Positions 48,641-60,704 of a stretch of DNA of 64,000 nucleotides are shown piece by piece. Under the pieces are notes generated by a model, which was not told where the DNA came from, made no database searches, and was given only the letters and a program-made list of their open reading frames with translations. The position numbers were made by a program, and so were the translations under genes. Origin of the DNA: Felis catus (Eukaryota); NCBI RefSeq assembly GCF_018350175.1, contig NC_058382.1, positions 58,468,001 to 58,532,000 on the forward strand, in the 5' to 3' direction. Every line of letters starts with the position of its first letter. Position 1 is the first letter of the stretch.

Positions 48641-51477
48641 AACATAACCCTTCAACATATGGGGAGATATGACACTTTTTTTTTTTTTAACCTAAATTAG
48701 GAGCTGGTCCTTAAATGAAGGTTCTGAGCCTGTCCTTTGGGGTTGTGTCCGGTTCCTCCATGAACAGAATTGGGTTCAGTCATTTCAGAAAGATTGAGGC
48801 CCAAGCAAGAAATGGCTTTGATGCTTTTGGTCTGGGGTCAGGGGAGATGGGGATTTGTGGCCACCAGGCAAATGCCCAGGGGCCCTGAGGAGTGCGGGAG
48901 GTGAGTCCTCTGTGGCCTCATGGGCACATCCTGGAATCTGGGTTGGGTGGGGCCCAGGCTAAGCGTCTTATCATCTCCTGCCTGGGAAGCCTGATCCCCC
49001 CGGACTCATTTATTGGGATGCAGATTAGCTCCAGATAGGACCTGGCCCATAAAGAGAATTATTACCTAAAAATCAAGGAAGAGGAAGTTATAAACATGTG
49101 ACTGGACTTATACATTTTTTTCTGGCTTGGCATTTGGTGGAATTAATTTGTTAGCGTTCAATAAATCATTGTGGGTCATCATCGAGCTAGAATCTTGGCT
49201 TTTACTGCTGTTTAGAGTCTTAGAGGTGATCTCAGTGAAAGTTTAGGTAGGGCGGCCCATGTGCTTAGATCTCGTGACTTAACCGTGGTTTTTCTCTGCA
49301 GAGTCAGTGAAGGAAGACGCCGGCCGGGGTGCCTGGGGGTCAGGGTGCCTCTCTGGGTCTCCATGTTCCCTCCTGTGAGCAAACCGGCTGCGTTAGATGG
49401 CTTCTAAAGTGTTGTCCCACTTTCATGTCCCGTAATCACTTTTCCTCTCAGTGCCCCTCTCTGTCTTTTCTCTTTTCCTGTTCTTATAAATCAGCAAGGC
49501 AGTTGTTCCTAACAATTTTGGGAGTTGTGAATCCATTAGAAATCTCAATAAGAGGGTGTTGCTTCACTTTCTAGAAAAGCATCCGTACAAACAAAATCTT
49601 GCTTTTCATTTCAGGGGGCTCCTGGAACACGGACGGGGTTTATAAAGCTAGTACTAAGAGGGTGAACAAAATACTCCTGAGTGGGCACATTTCATTGAAT
49701 TGACAGACCCGCAGACACCGCCCCTTCTATCGTGTTCTGGCCCCTCACCCTCCTCCTGCACACAGCTCATTCCTCAAGCGAGGGGACAGTCTCCTGTCTT
49801 TTCTCCAGGGGGGATCTGTAGGAATCAGTACTCTGCGAGGTTATTTTTCCGGGGCGGGGGGGGGGGGTGGGAGGGGAGGGCTTGGTGGTGTCGTTCTCTT
49901 TCTGTTACTAGGTGTCCCTCCTAAATCTGTACCTTCTTACTTATACATGCGGGGACTGTTTTTGGAATTCTGGGATGCTTGAGATGCACTCACTGTGCAG
50001 ATGAGGAGAGCCTCAGAGGCGTTCAGGTGGTTTTCCCAAACACCTGTCTCTAGTTGGAGCAAAGCCTTTGCTGGGTCTGCAGTTTCCAAATCCAAGTCCA
50101 ATTTCTATCCCACGTGCTTCACTCCTTTTACGTCCACAGGTGGGCATGGAAAAGTTACAGCTGGCACCGGGGACTCACCTTCTCTCTGGGACCCGGACCC
50201 CCTTCCGGTCCGACAGCCTCCTGCAGGGTGGCTGGTTTCCGAGTCATGTACGTTATGGACCGGCATGGCTCTGGATGTGACTGTATTCTGGAAGACATTG
50301 TGTCTTGTCTCCACTGATTGTCTCAAACCGATTTACCCGAAGAGGTCACATTTTAATCAGAGGAATAGAAATGCTTTTTTTTTTTTTTTTTTGGTGGGTG
50401 TCTGTCCAACCGCCTAGGGGATTTCCACCCCTGTTCTTGTAAATGTGGGCTATGAGTTGATGTGGCATGACTGTTCTCTCTTTTTCTCTGGGCTGTTGGG
50501 AAAGCTGCCTGTTCTGGCAAGAATGTTCCTCCAAAGGATGTCTCTGGGCACCCTGGTGAGATCCCCAAATTCTGGTGCCTTCTGGAAGAGTCTAGCCCGG
50601 CTAACTTGGTGTGTCCAGTGGTCAGAGTGGGTTTCCTTGCTTTTGTCCCCGTTGGTCGTAAGACTTCCCGAGGAAGAAAGTTGGAAGAAATGACAGCTGG
50701 TATTTAGAGAGAACCTTCTAAGGTCCGGGCATGGCCTCAGGTGCTTTATACACATCCTCTGAGCCCTCATCGCAATGACGCAAAGTATTGATACTTGTCC
50801 TGGGGCTTCAGCCTGGGTGCCTGGCACCCAAGGTTAAATGATGGTTCAGGGTCACTCAGCTGGGAGATGGCGGGACTCAAGTGGGCCCCCAGCTCTGTCT
50901 CATTCCCAGACTCTTGGTCTTATCGTTAGCCCAGCCGTGAAGGAACCATCTCAAAGGGATAGCCTTGAGGATCTCCTCTTTCTTGGCACACACAGATGTC
51001 ATATTTACTCATGAACACTGGTCAGACTGGGCATCGAGTAATGGAGCTTGCTCTCGGAGGGGCGAGCTGCTCGCTAAAGGGACCTGACAGTGTAAAAGTG
51101 ATTCCTCCCCATCTCGTACTGTAAGCGGAAAGGTGTCCTTAGATGGGGCTGTCTGCCCAAACCAGAGCGAGGGGCGAAAGCTGGAAGGAGTACCAGGCGG
51201 AACCCTAGGAGGGGCTGACGTCTGGCTGCTGGGAAGCTGCAGATTTCCCGGGGAGCTTCCACTTTTCCTTCGGGGGTTTGAGGCCCAGGGGAGGCATGGC
51301 CTCCCCTCGGCAGGTGGCCCGGCGTCTCAGGTCCGTGGGTTTCCCCGAGGCTGGCACCTGTGTGGCAACCCTCTGATCTTCCTGTCAGTGCTGTTTGGTG
51401 TGCCAGTACATGGGGCGCTGCGATTAACGGGACGATATTTGTAATATCACAGAATGTGTTTTATTTCCTTTCCAAGG

Positions 51478-51651
51478 ATGTGTGACCGGAACGGTGGCCG
51501 GCGGCTTCGGCAGTGGCTGATCGAGCAAATCGACAGCAACATGTACCCGGGGCTGATCTGGGAAAACGATGAGAAGAGCATGTTCCGGATCCCTTGGAAA
51601 CACGCTGGCAAACAAGATTATAATCAGGAAGTGGATGCCTCCATTTTCAAG
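51478..51651 (+). CDS. IRF8: IRF8 exon 2 coding part (aa 1-58, first half of the IRF DNA-binding domain)
   Basis: Acceptor tttccAAG|G (exon starts 51477), ATG at 51478, translation MCDRNGGRRLRQWLIEQIDSNMYPGLIWENDEKSMFRIPWKHAGKQDYNQEVDASIFK, donor AAG|GTACAG, phase 0. Confidence 0.98.
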
Positions 51652-54600
51652 GTACAGACTCGAACTCCCTCCCCGCGTCACCAGTGGTTTCTGTCTTCCC
51701 TGCAGGCCCATGGAGGGGTTGAGTGACACCTCTCTTATTTGCTGGAAAATTAACCTGTTTTCTTAAAACAAACATCGATTGAGTGCTGAACGTGTCTCAG
51801 AAATATATACCGGGTGATTTTGCATCTACTGTATGTGTGATCGAATCCCTTCGAGGTTGTGTGTTGTTGGCATTCTCCCCCCGAGGAAATTGAGGGCACC
51901 TTTATCACCGACACCACCGTTTATTTTGCACGAGGACTAGTGAAGCGGGAGTGAGAGTACTTCTCCGAGGCCCTGAGACCCCCGGACGCTACCGCCTACA
52001 TCCACAAAAAATTCTAGGAAGGGCATAAGTCTTCATTTTTCAAGGTTATCTGCCTGGCAGTGTAGGGTCGGCTCAGATGAGAGAGATACCATCTGTCATG
52101 ACTTCCGGGGCCTGGTCACATAGGGTGTCCTGAGGCGGCAGCAGATATCTAAAATAGTCTTCCTTCCCTTGAGAATAAGAAGTACCCAAGCATGGAGAGG
52201 CTCGCTATTTACCGCCAGCGCCCAGTGAGAGCTCGCCCCGTGCCAGGCCTGGCCCACGTGTTTGTTTTTCCTTCCACACACGGCTGTGCTGCTCTCCTGC
52301 CTCTGTAGAGGCCCCGAGAGAAGGGACTTGTCCAAGATCTCATGGCTCTTGGGTGATGGAGCCTGGCAGCCCAAGCATGAGCCCTTGCCCCCGAGCGAGC
52401 CCGAGCCGTACCCATAAGCAGAGGTGTTTGTCATTCCCCTGGGGGTGATCGTCACCCGTGGGTTTCTCTGAGGCTCCAGGAATGCAGGCTCCCTGCTGCG
52501 TTCTCCCTGGGAGATTTGGATCCCTCGGTCAAGGTGAGCCCAGGCTTCTGTGTTTGCAAACAGACGCACCGCAGGTGGCTGACCCTGAGCTCTCCCTTGT
52601 TCTGTGGGCATGGGGGTATGGGAGTGAGTATGGGGGAGGAGCGGGGCGGGCTGAGTTGTGGAAGGGCGGAACCGGACCCTGGGCCGTGGTGAGGGAGGGA
52701 GCGCAGGCCTGCGGGACCCCAGCGCAGCGCCCGGATGCTTCGCCAGGGATGACTGATCCGCTGGCCCAACCAAACAGAAGCGACCGGAGATCATCCCTGG
52801 CCCCAGAGCGGAGCATAGGCAGGTCGCAGCTGGCTTCAGAGGCGTAATCAGTGCTTCTGGGCTTTGCGGGGAGGCTCCGCATCTGAGCAATTCTGTCACC
52901 TCTGTCATCCGGGGGCGTGGGTCTCTTTGGGAACCTGCTGCCAGTTACTGGCCCTCTTCCAGAAAAGTGGGCACATGCGGGCGGACACGAGTGCACTCAG
53001 TCGCCTTCAGGGGGCCCCATGTAGCCTGAGTGTCCAGCAGATTTCTTCCCCTGGAGGACCCCGGCTCAGGAGCCTGGCAATGGTAATGGCTCCCTTATCA
53101 CTCTTGGTGGTGCCTTTTGCCTTTGGGGCTCGTGGTGGACCTCTCTTGGGAGTGGCTCTAGCTACATTTAAACAGTGTCCAAGGTTCTCTGGGCCCGCTG
53201 GGAGTTCTGGATGGTAGATGGCTACAGTCCAGAGCCCCACAGCCTTGGCCCTGTTGGCATCTGGGGCCAGCTAGTTCCTCCTTGGGGGGCCGTCCTGGGC
53301 ACTGGGGCACGTTCAGCGGCACCCCTGACCTCAGCCGACTACATGCCAGTAACGCCTCTTCCCAGTGTGACGACCAAAGGCGTCCTGACATTACCAGACC
53401 CGCTGGGGGGGGGGGCACATCCCCTCCCCCCCCCCCCCCCCCCCCCCCACTGAGAACCCGGCAGGCTGCCGACCGCGGCCAGAGTGAGCAGGTTTAAGCA
53501 GACGCGTGGGGTGCCGAGGACACGGTTTCAGGGTGACCATCACGGCAGCCTCTTCGGGAGGGGAGGAGGGGCCCTGGCCGAGGCCCCTGGTGGCCTGCCA
53601 GGCCTCTCCCTTCACGCAGCTCCCTGTTTCAACTTACGCTCTGGGGGCAATGAAATAAAGCCCCAGATTTATATGTCTTATGCAATGCCCTTCATGGCCG
53701 TTTCAACAGCGTTGAGAAAAATGTGTAAGATTCCCAGTGTTTCCGTTCATTTCGCAGTCGCCCAGTGTGGCAATCTGAGAGAAGCCCACAATCTCGGCAG
53801 GAGCCGGGTGGGAGGGGGGCGCGGGCGGCCCCCAGAGCTGCTGGCCACGGGGAGGGTGGCACGCGGGTGCGAAACAGGGGGAGGAGGCCACGTGGCTGTG
53901 CCCTGTGCCATGCTGGCTGGCTCCCGTCCTCCGAGGGCGCGTCCCCGCGACGCCCACGGGAAGAGCCCGCAGTCGGGCCTCGGTTGCACAGAGCCATTTT
54001 ATGGATCTTCTGGTTCTGTAGAGAAACTTTTGTTCGAAGCATTCAAAGAAAACCTTTGAAAAATCCGTGAGTTAAGAGGATAGAGTGGAGCTTAAGAAGG
54101 CATTTATACCAGAGCGTTCTTCATCGTCTGCAGATATGATTCTGCAGCCGGCCTCATGGGGCAGGGCCAGAGATGGGGATTGAAAAGGACGGAGCTCATT
54201 TGGTGCCGTCCCTGGGCACACCGAGGCCCTCGTATCCACTCACGCTTGTTTTTCAAAAAGCATTTTGCCCCCTTTTCATAAACCCGGGGCGGTGGGGTGG
54301 GTGGAATCCTTGTTAACTGAGGGTTGTTCCTCTCCTCGACCAGCCTTGTGACAGGCCTGAGTGAATTAGAACTTACTTAGTAGCACAGATATTTCAAACC
54401 CGGTAGGCCTTCGAGGAAAAAAAAACAGTGCTTGATTTTTAAGACACGAGATGGGGCCGTAACATTGAGTCAGGAAGCGTGTGTGGTCACTGCTGGTTGC
54501 TGCTGAATGCAGTGCCTGGGCGGGGGACACATGTGGTGGTGGTGGGGGGGGGGCACTGACCGCCGTGCTGGCTGTTGTCACTGGGCCTCAGAAGCGCTCT

Positions 54601-54912
54601 GTTCTGCCAGATGTTAGCTCGGGAAGAGTCTTGAGAGATCAGCCAGCCAAGCTGGGAGGTTCAGAGCCCAGCAGAGAGCCCACGAAAGGGCTCAGGGCAG
54701 GGCTGGAAGCAAGGCACCTGATACGGACCCAGGGCACTTCCTGACCGCGGGGCCGCGCTTTGTTCTGTGATGTCCTGGCTGTCTTCTCGGGGGAGTGCGA
54801 GCCGTGGACGGATGGTACTACCGTCGGCCGTGCGGTTCCAGCTAAAAACCGGCTGGGCCCAGCATGCCTCTAAGCCCGTGCTCCTCGGGGTCCGTTTGTA
54901 ATGTGGGTGAAC

Positions 54913-55155
54913 CAGTGGTTCTCAAAGCGGGGGTGGGGTGGGGGAGTGTGAGTGTGTCGCAATTTCGCCTCCCCGGGGACGTGCGGCAGTGTCTGGAGAC
55001 ATACTGGGTTGTCACAACAGGGGCGGGGGCGCTCCCGGCATCCAGCGGGTGGAGGCCACGGATGCTTTTGGACAGCCAGCCACGCACGGGACGGCCCCCG
55101 TCACAAAGCACGATCAGACCCCAAATATCAACAGTGCTGAGGTGGAGAAGCTCTG
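54913..55155. mobile_element. MER20-like hAT relic in intron 2
   Basis: CAGTGGTTCTCAA left end, gtctggagacat...ttgtcacaac, ccccaaatatcaacagtgctgaggtggagaagctctg right end. Confidence 0.8.
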
Positions 55156-55354
55156 ACTTAACATAATAGAAGTGTGAAATTACTGCTCAGCGGGTGCGTG
55201 ACGGGCCTTCCTTGGAAGAAATAAATCAATGCATGGTCTGAGCTGCAGTTAATAAATCCTTGGGCAAAAGATCGGAAGGGACTGAAAACCATTTGCTTTG
55301 GAACACATTTCTAGGGGGGAGTTTGCGTCTGCGTCCGAGGGGGAGGCGACCCTC

Positions 55355-55428
55355 GGAGCCTATTTGGGATTCGCTTTCTCTCCGCGCCCCCCCCCCCCCC
55401 GCCAAAATAAATAAATAAACATTTAAAG
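55355..55428 (+). mobile_element. 5'-truncated SINE remnant
   Basis: ggagcctatttgggattc...aaaataaataaataaacattt. Confidence 0.55.
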
Positions 55429-55434
55429 GAAAAG

Positions 55435-55555
55435 GTGCAGATTCTCAGACCTAACCCACAGTTAATGAGAATCTCAGGGGGCAGGGCCCAGGCATCTGCA
55501 TTTCACGAGCTTCCCAGGGGGCCGGTGTCGGCATTAAGCTTCAGAACTCTTGCTG
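55435..55555. mobile_element. MER5A-like hAT relic
   Basis: tgcagattctcagacc...agaatctcaggggg...ggcccaggcatctgcattt...gcttcccagg. Confidence 0.55.
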
Positions 55556-56526
55556 TAGTGGAGTTTAGTTGGGTCGGAAGTGAGGACAGTGGTGTTTAAC
55601 CCCAGGCTGGGTCACCTTGGGGAGGTCACCTTTGGAACTGCATTTTCCTGAGTGGGACTGGGGATTCCCTCCAGATGGCGTGCTGTCCCAGGCTGGAAGT
55701 TGCATCTGGTTTCGTCTGACAGCGAAGGTTATGTTCACCTGATAGCAGTGACCTCCTCATTGGGGTGTCTGGATTCCAGTTTTGAAACCTTCACACCGTG
55801 CCCGTTCGCATGTTTGTCTGAATTTTCTTTTAGGTCTGCCCCATTCTGCACTGTGGCTTTTAGGTCTTCAGCTTTCAATTTCTCGTCCTTGTTCAGAGTC
55901 TCAGGGGTTCGGAGAGGTCAGAAGCAGAGCTGTGGAAAACCAACAGAGACAGAACACATTTCATTGCCCTTTTAAGCAGGGCCCTGGGGGTGGGGCGGGG
56001 AAGGTTAGAATAAACGCCAAAATGCAAAACAAAATTTCTATTAAAAGTAGCAAGGCAGCGGATGACCACATTCAGACTTCTTGCAAATGTTCCCTTTTCA
56101 TGCTAAATTTTAGCCAGGGGTTGATTTGAAAAAGCAACAAATTGTTCTTTGTTTTGAACATTCTAGTGAAACCATGTGCGACTTCCTCTTTGTGCTGTAG
56201 CTGACCTCAGGCTCCTCCAGACCCTTTGGTCCCAGGAAGGAATGGCCCAGAGACAGATCCAAGATGTGTGCTGTATGGGAGCCAAGGCCCTGGGCCGGAT
56301 TCTGGCTCAGCTGGGTGATCCCCGGGGCCCCTTCCTGGCCCTGATCTTTTCACATCTGTCACAGAAAGTTGTCCCGAAAGTCCTCGAACTAGAGGTGATG
56401 GCCAAAAGTGACCGTCAGGACTGGCGAGAGAACGTGCTGGTCTCGCCCATGGCCGTGGATGCCTGTGGGCAGGGCCGGTGGGGGTGGGCGGCCACGTATT
56501 TTATGTGCTTCTTTCTGTTTCTACAG

Positions 56527-56710
56527 GCCTGGGCAGTGTTTAAAGGGAAATTTAAGGAAGGGGACAAAGCAGAACCAGCCACTTGGAAGACGAGGCTACG
56601 CTGTGCTTTGAACAAGAGCCCAGATTTTGAGGAGGTGACAGACCGGTCCCAGCTGGACATTTCAGAGCCATACAAAGTTTACCGCATCGTCCCCGAGGAA
56701 GAGCAAAAAT
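56527..56710 (+). CDS. IRF8: IRF8 exon 3 (aa 59-119, second half of the DNA-binding domain)
   Basis: Acceptor tttctacAG|, translation AWAVFKGKFKEGDKAEPATWKTRLRCALNKSPDFEEVTDRSQLDISEPYKVYRIVPEEEQK, donor AAT|GTAACT; 184 nt. T80, R83 and K108 are intact. Confidence 0.98.
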
Positions 56711-59080
56711 GTAACTATCCCTTACGGGTTTTCAGCCCAGCAGAGGCTGCCCGGCCCGCAGGCCCTGCCAGAGAGCCTGGGTCTGGGGTGGGAAGTCTGG
56801 GCGAGTGGTTTTAGCTCAGCTGCCAGTCAACTCCTTTGCGTAAGCAGATGTGGAGAGCCCTTTCCCCTGACCCTGGCCACCATCCGCTGGCCGAGTGGCA
56901 GCTTCCGTGGGAGGAAGGGGTGGGGAGGCTGGGGCTGTCAGACCGGGAGCTCACTGTGGGGCCTCCCCGAGGCTCAGTAACGAACAGGGATAGACCGGAG
57001 CGAGCATCCTGGACAGTGTGGATGAGGCATCCCTCCAGTCAGGTGGTCGAAGAAGGGATGGGTGACAGGATGGAGGGTAAAGTTACGAATGCGTCTGGGG
57101 ACGATGGCGCTGTTAGCGTTGTCGCCGTAGATCAGATACGCCGCAGCACACGGTTGCATCCCGATCGTTATGTGGGAACTCTGGCATGTGATGATTCCCG
57201 AAAGGTCTTCCAGCTCTAGCTAGAATCCCGAGAGAGTGTTTACCAGGAGATTAAAGCAGGGATGGCGGAAACCCGCCTCCCAGCCCATCGTCCTGATTCG
57301 GCACCCTGGTCAGACATCACTAATCAACCGGGATGCGCTGAGCTCGGTCTGGCCTCCGAACCTTTTCCAAAGTGGCAGCCTGTGTAGCTGCTGGGAGTCA
57401 GCAGAGTCGGCCTGGCCCGTGGGATAAAAGCTAATCACCGTCACTGGTTTGAAGCGTTCTTTTGACACATTGATTAAGCCGCTAGATGTAGCAATTAGAC
57501 CCCTGCAGCCTTACCCTCTTCTCACCTGTTTTTTAGCGGTCCAGGAATGCCCTGGGCATCTACAAATAAATGGAACCTTCAGAAACTCCTTAGGGCCGAG
57601 CAGAAATTCTGAACTCGAGCCCTTCCCACTGGGGGGAAGGGTGAGAGGGTCGACATGTAATTTCAAAAACAGTTAAAACTGTGAGTCTTCCAAAGAGATG
57701 GTGAGCCTGGGTCTCAGCCCTTTAACTCACCCACGAGGGAGCCAGCATAGTGATGAAGACTGAACGGAGGACAGGAAGCATGGGTCACACATGGTCAGCG
57801 AGCCCAACCCGTGGGTGTTCCCCCCGACCCCAGTGTGGGGGTTATCTGTGCTGCCGGTTACTTGGAGCTGAATTGTCTGTAAATTAGCACCGAACTTGAC
57901 TGAGTCAGAGCCTTAATCGATAGTCAACAGTAAGTCAAACAAACTGACCACCCCCCAGAGAATCTGATGGCCCTTACAGGGAGACTTCTTAGATAACCCT
58001 CCGGGATGGCTTTGAAAGGCCAAGTGTGCATCGTTTCTGCCTTACTTACCTCCAAGTTTGGGATAATTTTTCATTGCCACAAATCGAATTGTGGTTTGAA
58101 GGAATGGAGAAGTTTCCGTTGGTCCCTCCCACCCTGGGATTGGCCGAGCTTGAGCTGGCAGGTGACCCTAGCTTGTTTGTACGGGGTGCAGCCAGCATCA
58201 CCTGCAGGGGTGGGTTTTAAAGAAGCAGTAGGTTCTCAGGGGGCAGAGGGACGCTGCATTTGCATAAAGTCTAAATGGACCCACTGTGCTCTGTCCTTCA
58301 GTGGTTTGCAGGCTACGTGGGGGAGGGGGTACCCCCCCACCCCCTCCTTCCCCCATCAGCAGCTTCTAGCCAATTCTTGAGTCTCTCAAAGTAGAATCCA
58401 GATGCAGTCAGGACAGAGCGATGGGTCAATCAAGTGTTTGTGGCCCTCTGATCACTTCATAAGGCAGGTCTGTGGTGGGGGGATGGGGAGGAAGTGGGGG
58501 GCTTGCTGTCGGGTCGCTCTGTGCCTGCAGCCATGCCTGACCGAGCCTGTTGCCCCCCCCCCCCCCCCCCCGCCGGGCCCCCATGTGTGGGCCTGCCGTG
58601 TGTGCACAGATGCATGCTATATATTTGGAAAGGCCACGGAGACATTTCCTGTCAATTAACTTTAAAAAATGACTCCAATCTGCACACGCATTTTGCCGGG
58701 AGATCTTTGAGCGTCTTCAGACAGCCTGACTTACGAATGGAACCTGGACCCAGTGTAGAGTGTGTCCGATGGGAACTCGTTTTCTATCTGGGCAAACGGG
58801 GCCCAGCCGCACCACTGTCCTTGTCCTCTGAGTGTTAGAAACCACGAAACTGACTTCTCCCTTTGACTTTGCCCGTCAGAGGACTGAAGCATCACGGGAA
58901 ATAGTTTCTGGGCCTTTTCCCAAACGAGCGAAGACACTCAGTGACTTTTATTTCCTTCAACTCGGCATTTAAAAAAAAAAAAAAAAAAAAAACCAAAAAG
59001 TACGACACTCTGATTTTGGCCTCGCGGAAGGCTGCAGTGCCCCAGTGCCATTGGTCACGCGCCTGTCCGATTTTCCGCAG

Positions 59081-59169
59081 GCAAGTTAGGCATGGCGACT
59101 CCCAGCTGCGTGAGCGACATCACGGAGATGGAGTGCACGCGCTCTGAGATCGACGAGCTCATCAAGGAG
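59081..59169 (+). CDS. IRF8: IRF8 exon 4
   Basis: Acceptor ttttccgcAG|, translation (C)KLGMATPSCVSDITEMECTRSEIDELIKE, donor GAG|GTGAGT; 89 nt, phase consistent with exon 3. Confidence 0.96.
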
Positions 59170-60598
59170 GTGAGTGGCCGGCCCGCGGCACTGCCGGGGC
59201 CCTGGGAGGAGCCGCGTGGGTCCCCGCGAGGAGCGGCACCCCTCTTGCCCTGGCCAGGCCTGCAGAGCCCAGGGCTCTCTCGGGCAGCGGCACCTGCTCC
59301 CCCGAGACGGAAGGCGAGGCCAGCCTCTGCCATCTGGCCGCCCCGTCGCCTCGTTCCCCGCCTCCATCCCGAGCGCCGGGGCTGGGCTGCCGGCTCCGAG
59401 CCGGTGCCGTTTCTTCCCGCCCTAAACTTGCCATGTTTTAAACATTTCGATTGGCAGTCTTAGAAAAAGTGCATCCTGCTTTCTCTTGGCTTCTTAGACA
59501 GGCTACGATGAAAGAAAGACTTCCCTTGCAGCTTGGGGTCGTCGTGACCACATGGATGCTCGAGGGGGGCGCTCAGGGCAGGCGGGCTCCCTGTTTCATA
59601 ATCTGCGGCTTTAGGTCTTGATGGATCGGAAAGGCGGGCCTTCGAGCTTGTTAGGCCTGCATATCAACTCCGAGTTAATAGGCTACGAGCAAAGGCGTAA
59701 TGGGGTCTCCGGAGGCAAAACACACGGTTTTCGGATTCCAGTGTTTGCTCCCCAAATACCCTTTTCCTGTGGCCATCTGCTTCTTAACTCCCGTTTTTAC
59801 GGCCAGTACAAGGCAGACGTCGCCTCGCTGAAATAATCCCGCAGCGTCCTCGTACACGGCGGTGTGGGTGCTGTGGATGTTCTCCTTGATACCGTTGTGG
59901 CAGCACCAGAACTTTTAAGAGTAGCTTGGCTGTCAGGAGGTGCAGATAACAAAACGCAGCCTCCTCTCGGCTGCTGAGTTTTCTGCCGACGGCAGCTGTT
60001 AAGTTTCTGCGTGGTCTCTGGCAGCAGGCCAAGTGGACTCCGGGCTTCGTGTCTCTCCAGCAACGTCCCATTTTCTGCGCGAGGCTTTTCTGCTGACTCA
60101 GCTGAGAGAGGTTGGGTTGGCGCAGCAGGATCCCAAGGAAAGCAGATTTCAAAATGCTTCCTACCCAGATTTGTCCGCATCCGTTGAGGAGTGGGTCAGA
60201 GGTCGGAAGCGTGGGCGTGGAACAGCGCGCGGGGCCTGCCCGGTCGTGGCCGAGTTTGTCCGGCGTTGCCGTGCCTCGGCGTCCCAGCGCTTGTCTGCTT
60301 CCCCGGGGCATCCGGGCAGCTGGGTGACCCGTGGCCATTTGGTTTTGCAACTGGCGCCCGTAAACTTATTAGGGGTCCCGCAGGGGCCGGTAAGTCAGGC
60401 GCGTGGTTTGAGCGCTCAGCCTGGTGGATTTGTCTTAGGCCTTTCAAGAGGCGAAGTAAAACTTTCCCTTTGTCTTGGGATAAAAGGTTGACAGTGTGGC
60501 TTTGGTTAAGTCTAAACCGTTTGCCTTTACGAACACCGGAGCCCCACTTTGGAAGCCCGCCGACCACAATGCTGTTCTCTCTCACCCTGTTCCTCCAG

Positions 60599-60704
60599 CC
60601 TTCTGTGGACGATTACATGGGGGTAGTCAAAAGGAGTCCTTCTCCGCCGGAGGCCTGCAGGGGCCAGCTGCTCTCAGACTGGTGGATCCAGCAGCCCAGC
60701 GCAG
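60599..60704 (+). CDS. IRF8: IRF8 exon 5
   Basis: Acceptor ttcctccAG|, translation PSVDDYMGVVKRSPSPPEACRGQLLSDWWIQQPSA(G), donor CAG|GTGAGG; 106 nt. Confidence 0.96.

Noticed and set aside
56176..56814. 212-aa ORF running through intron 2 into exon 3
   Set aside because: Only 56527-56710 is IRF8-like and bounded by good splice sites. The flanks are intronic read-through starting at a GTG, with no recognisable protein features.
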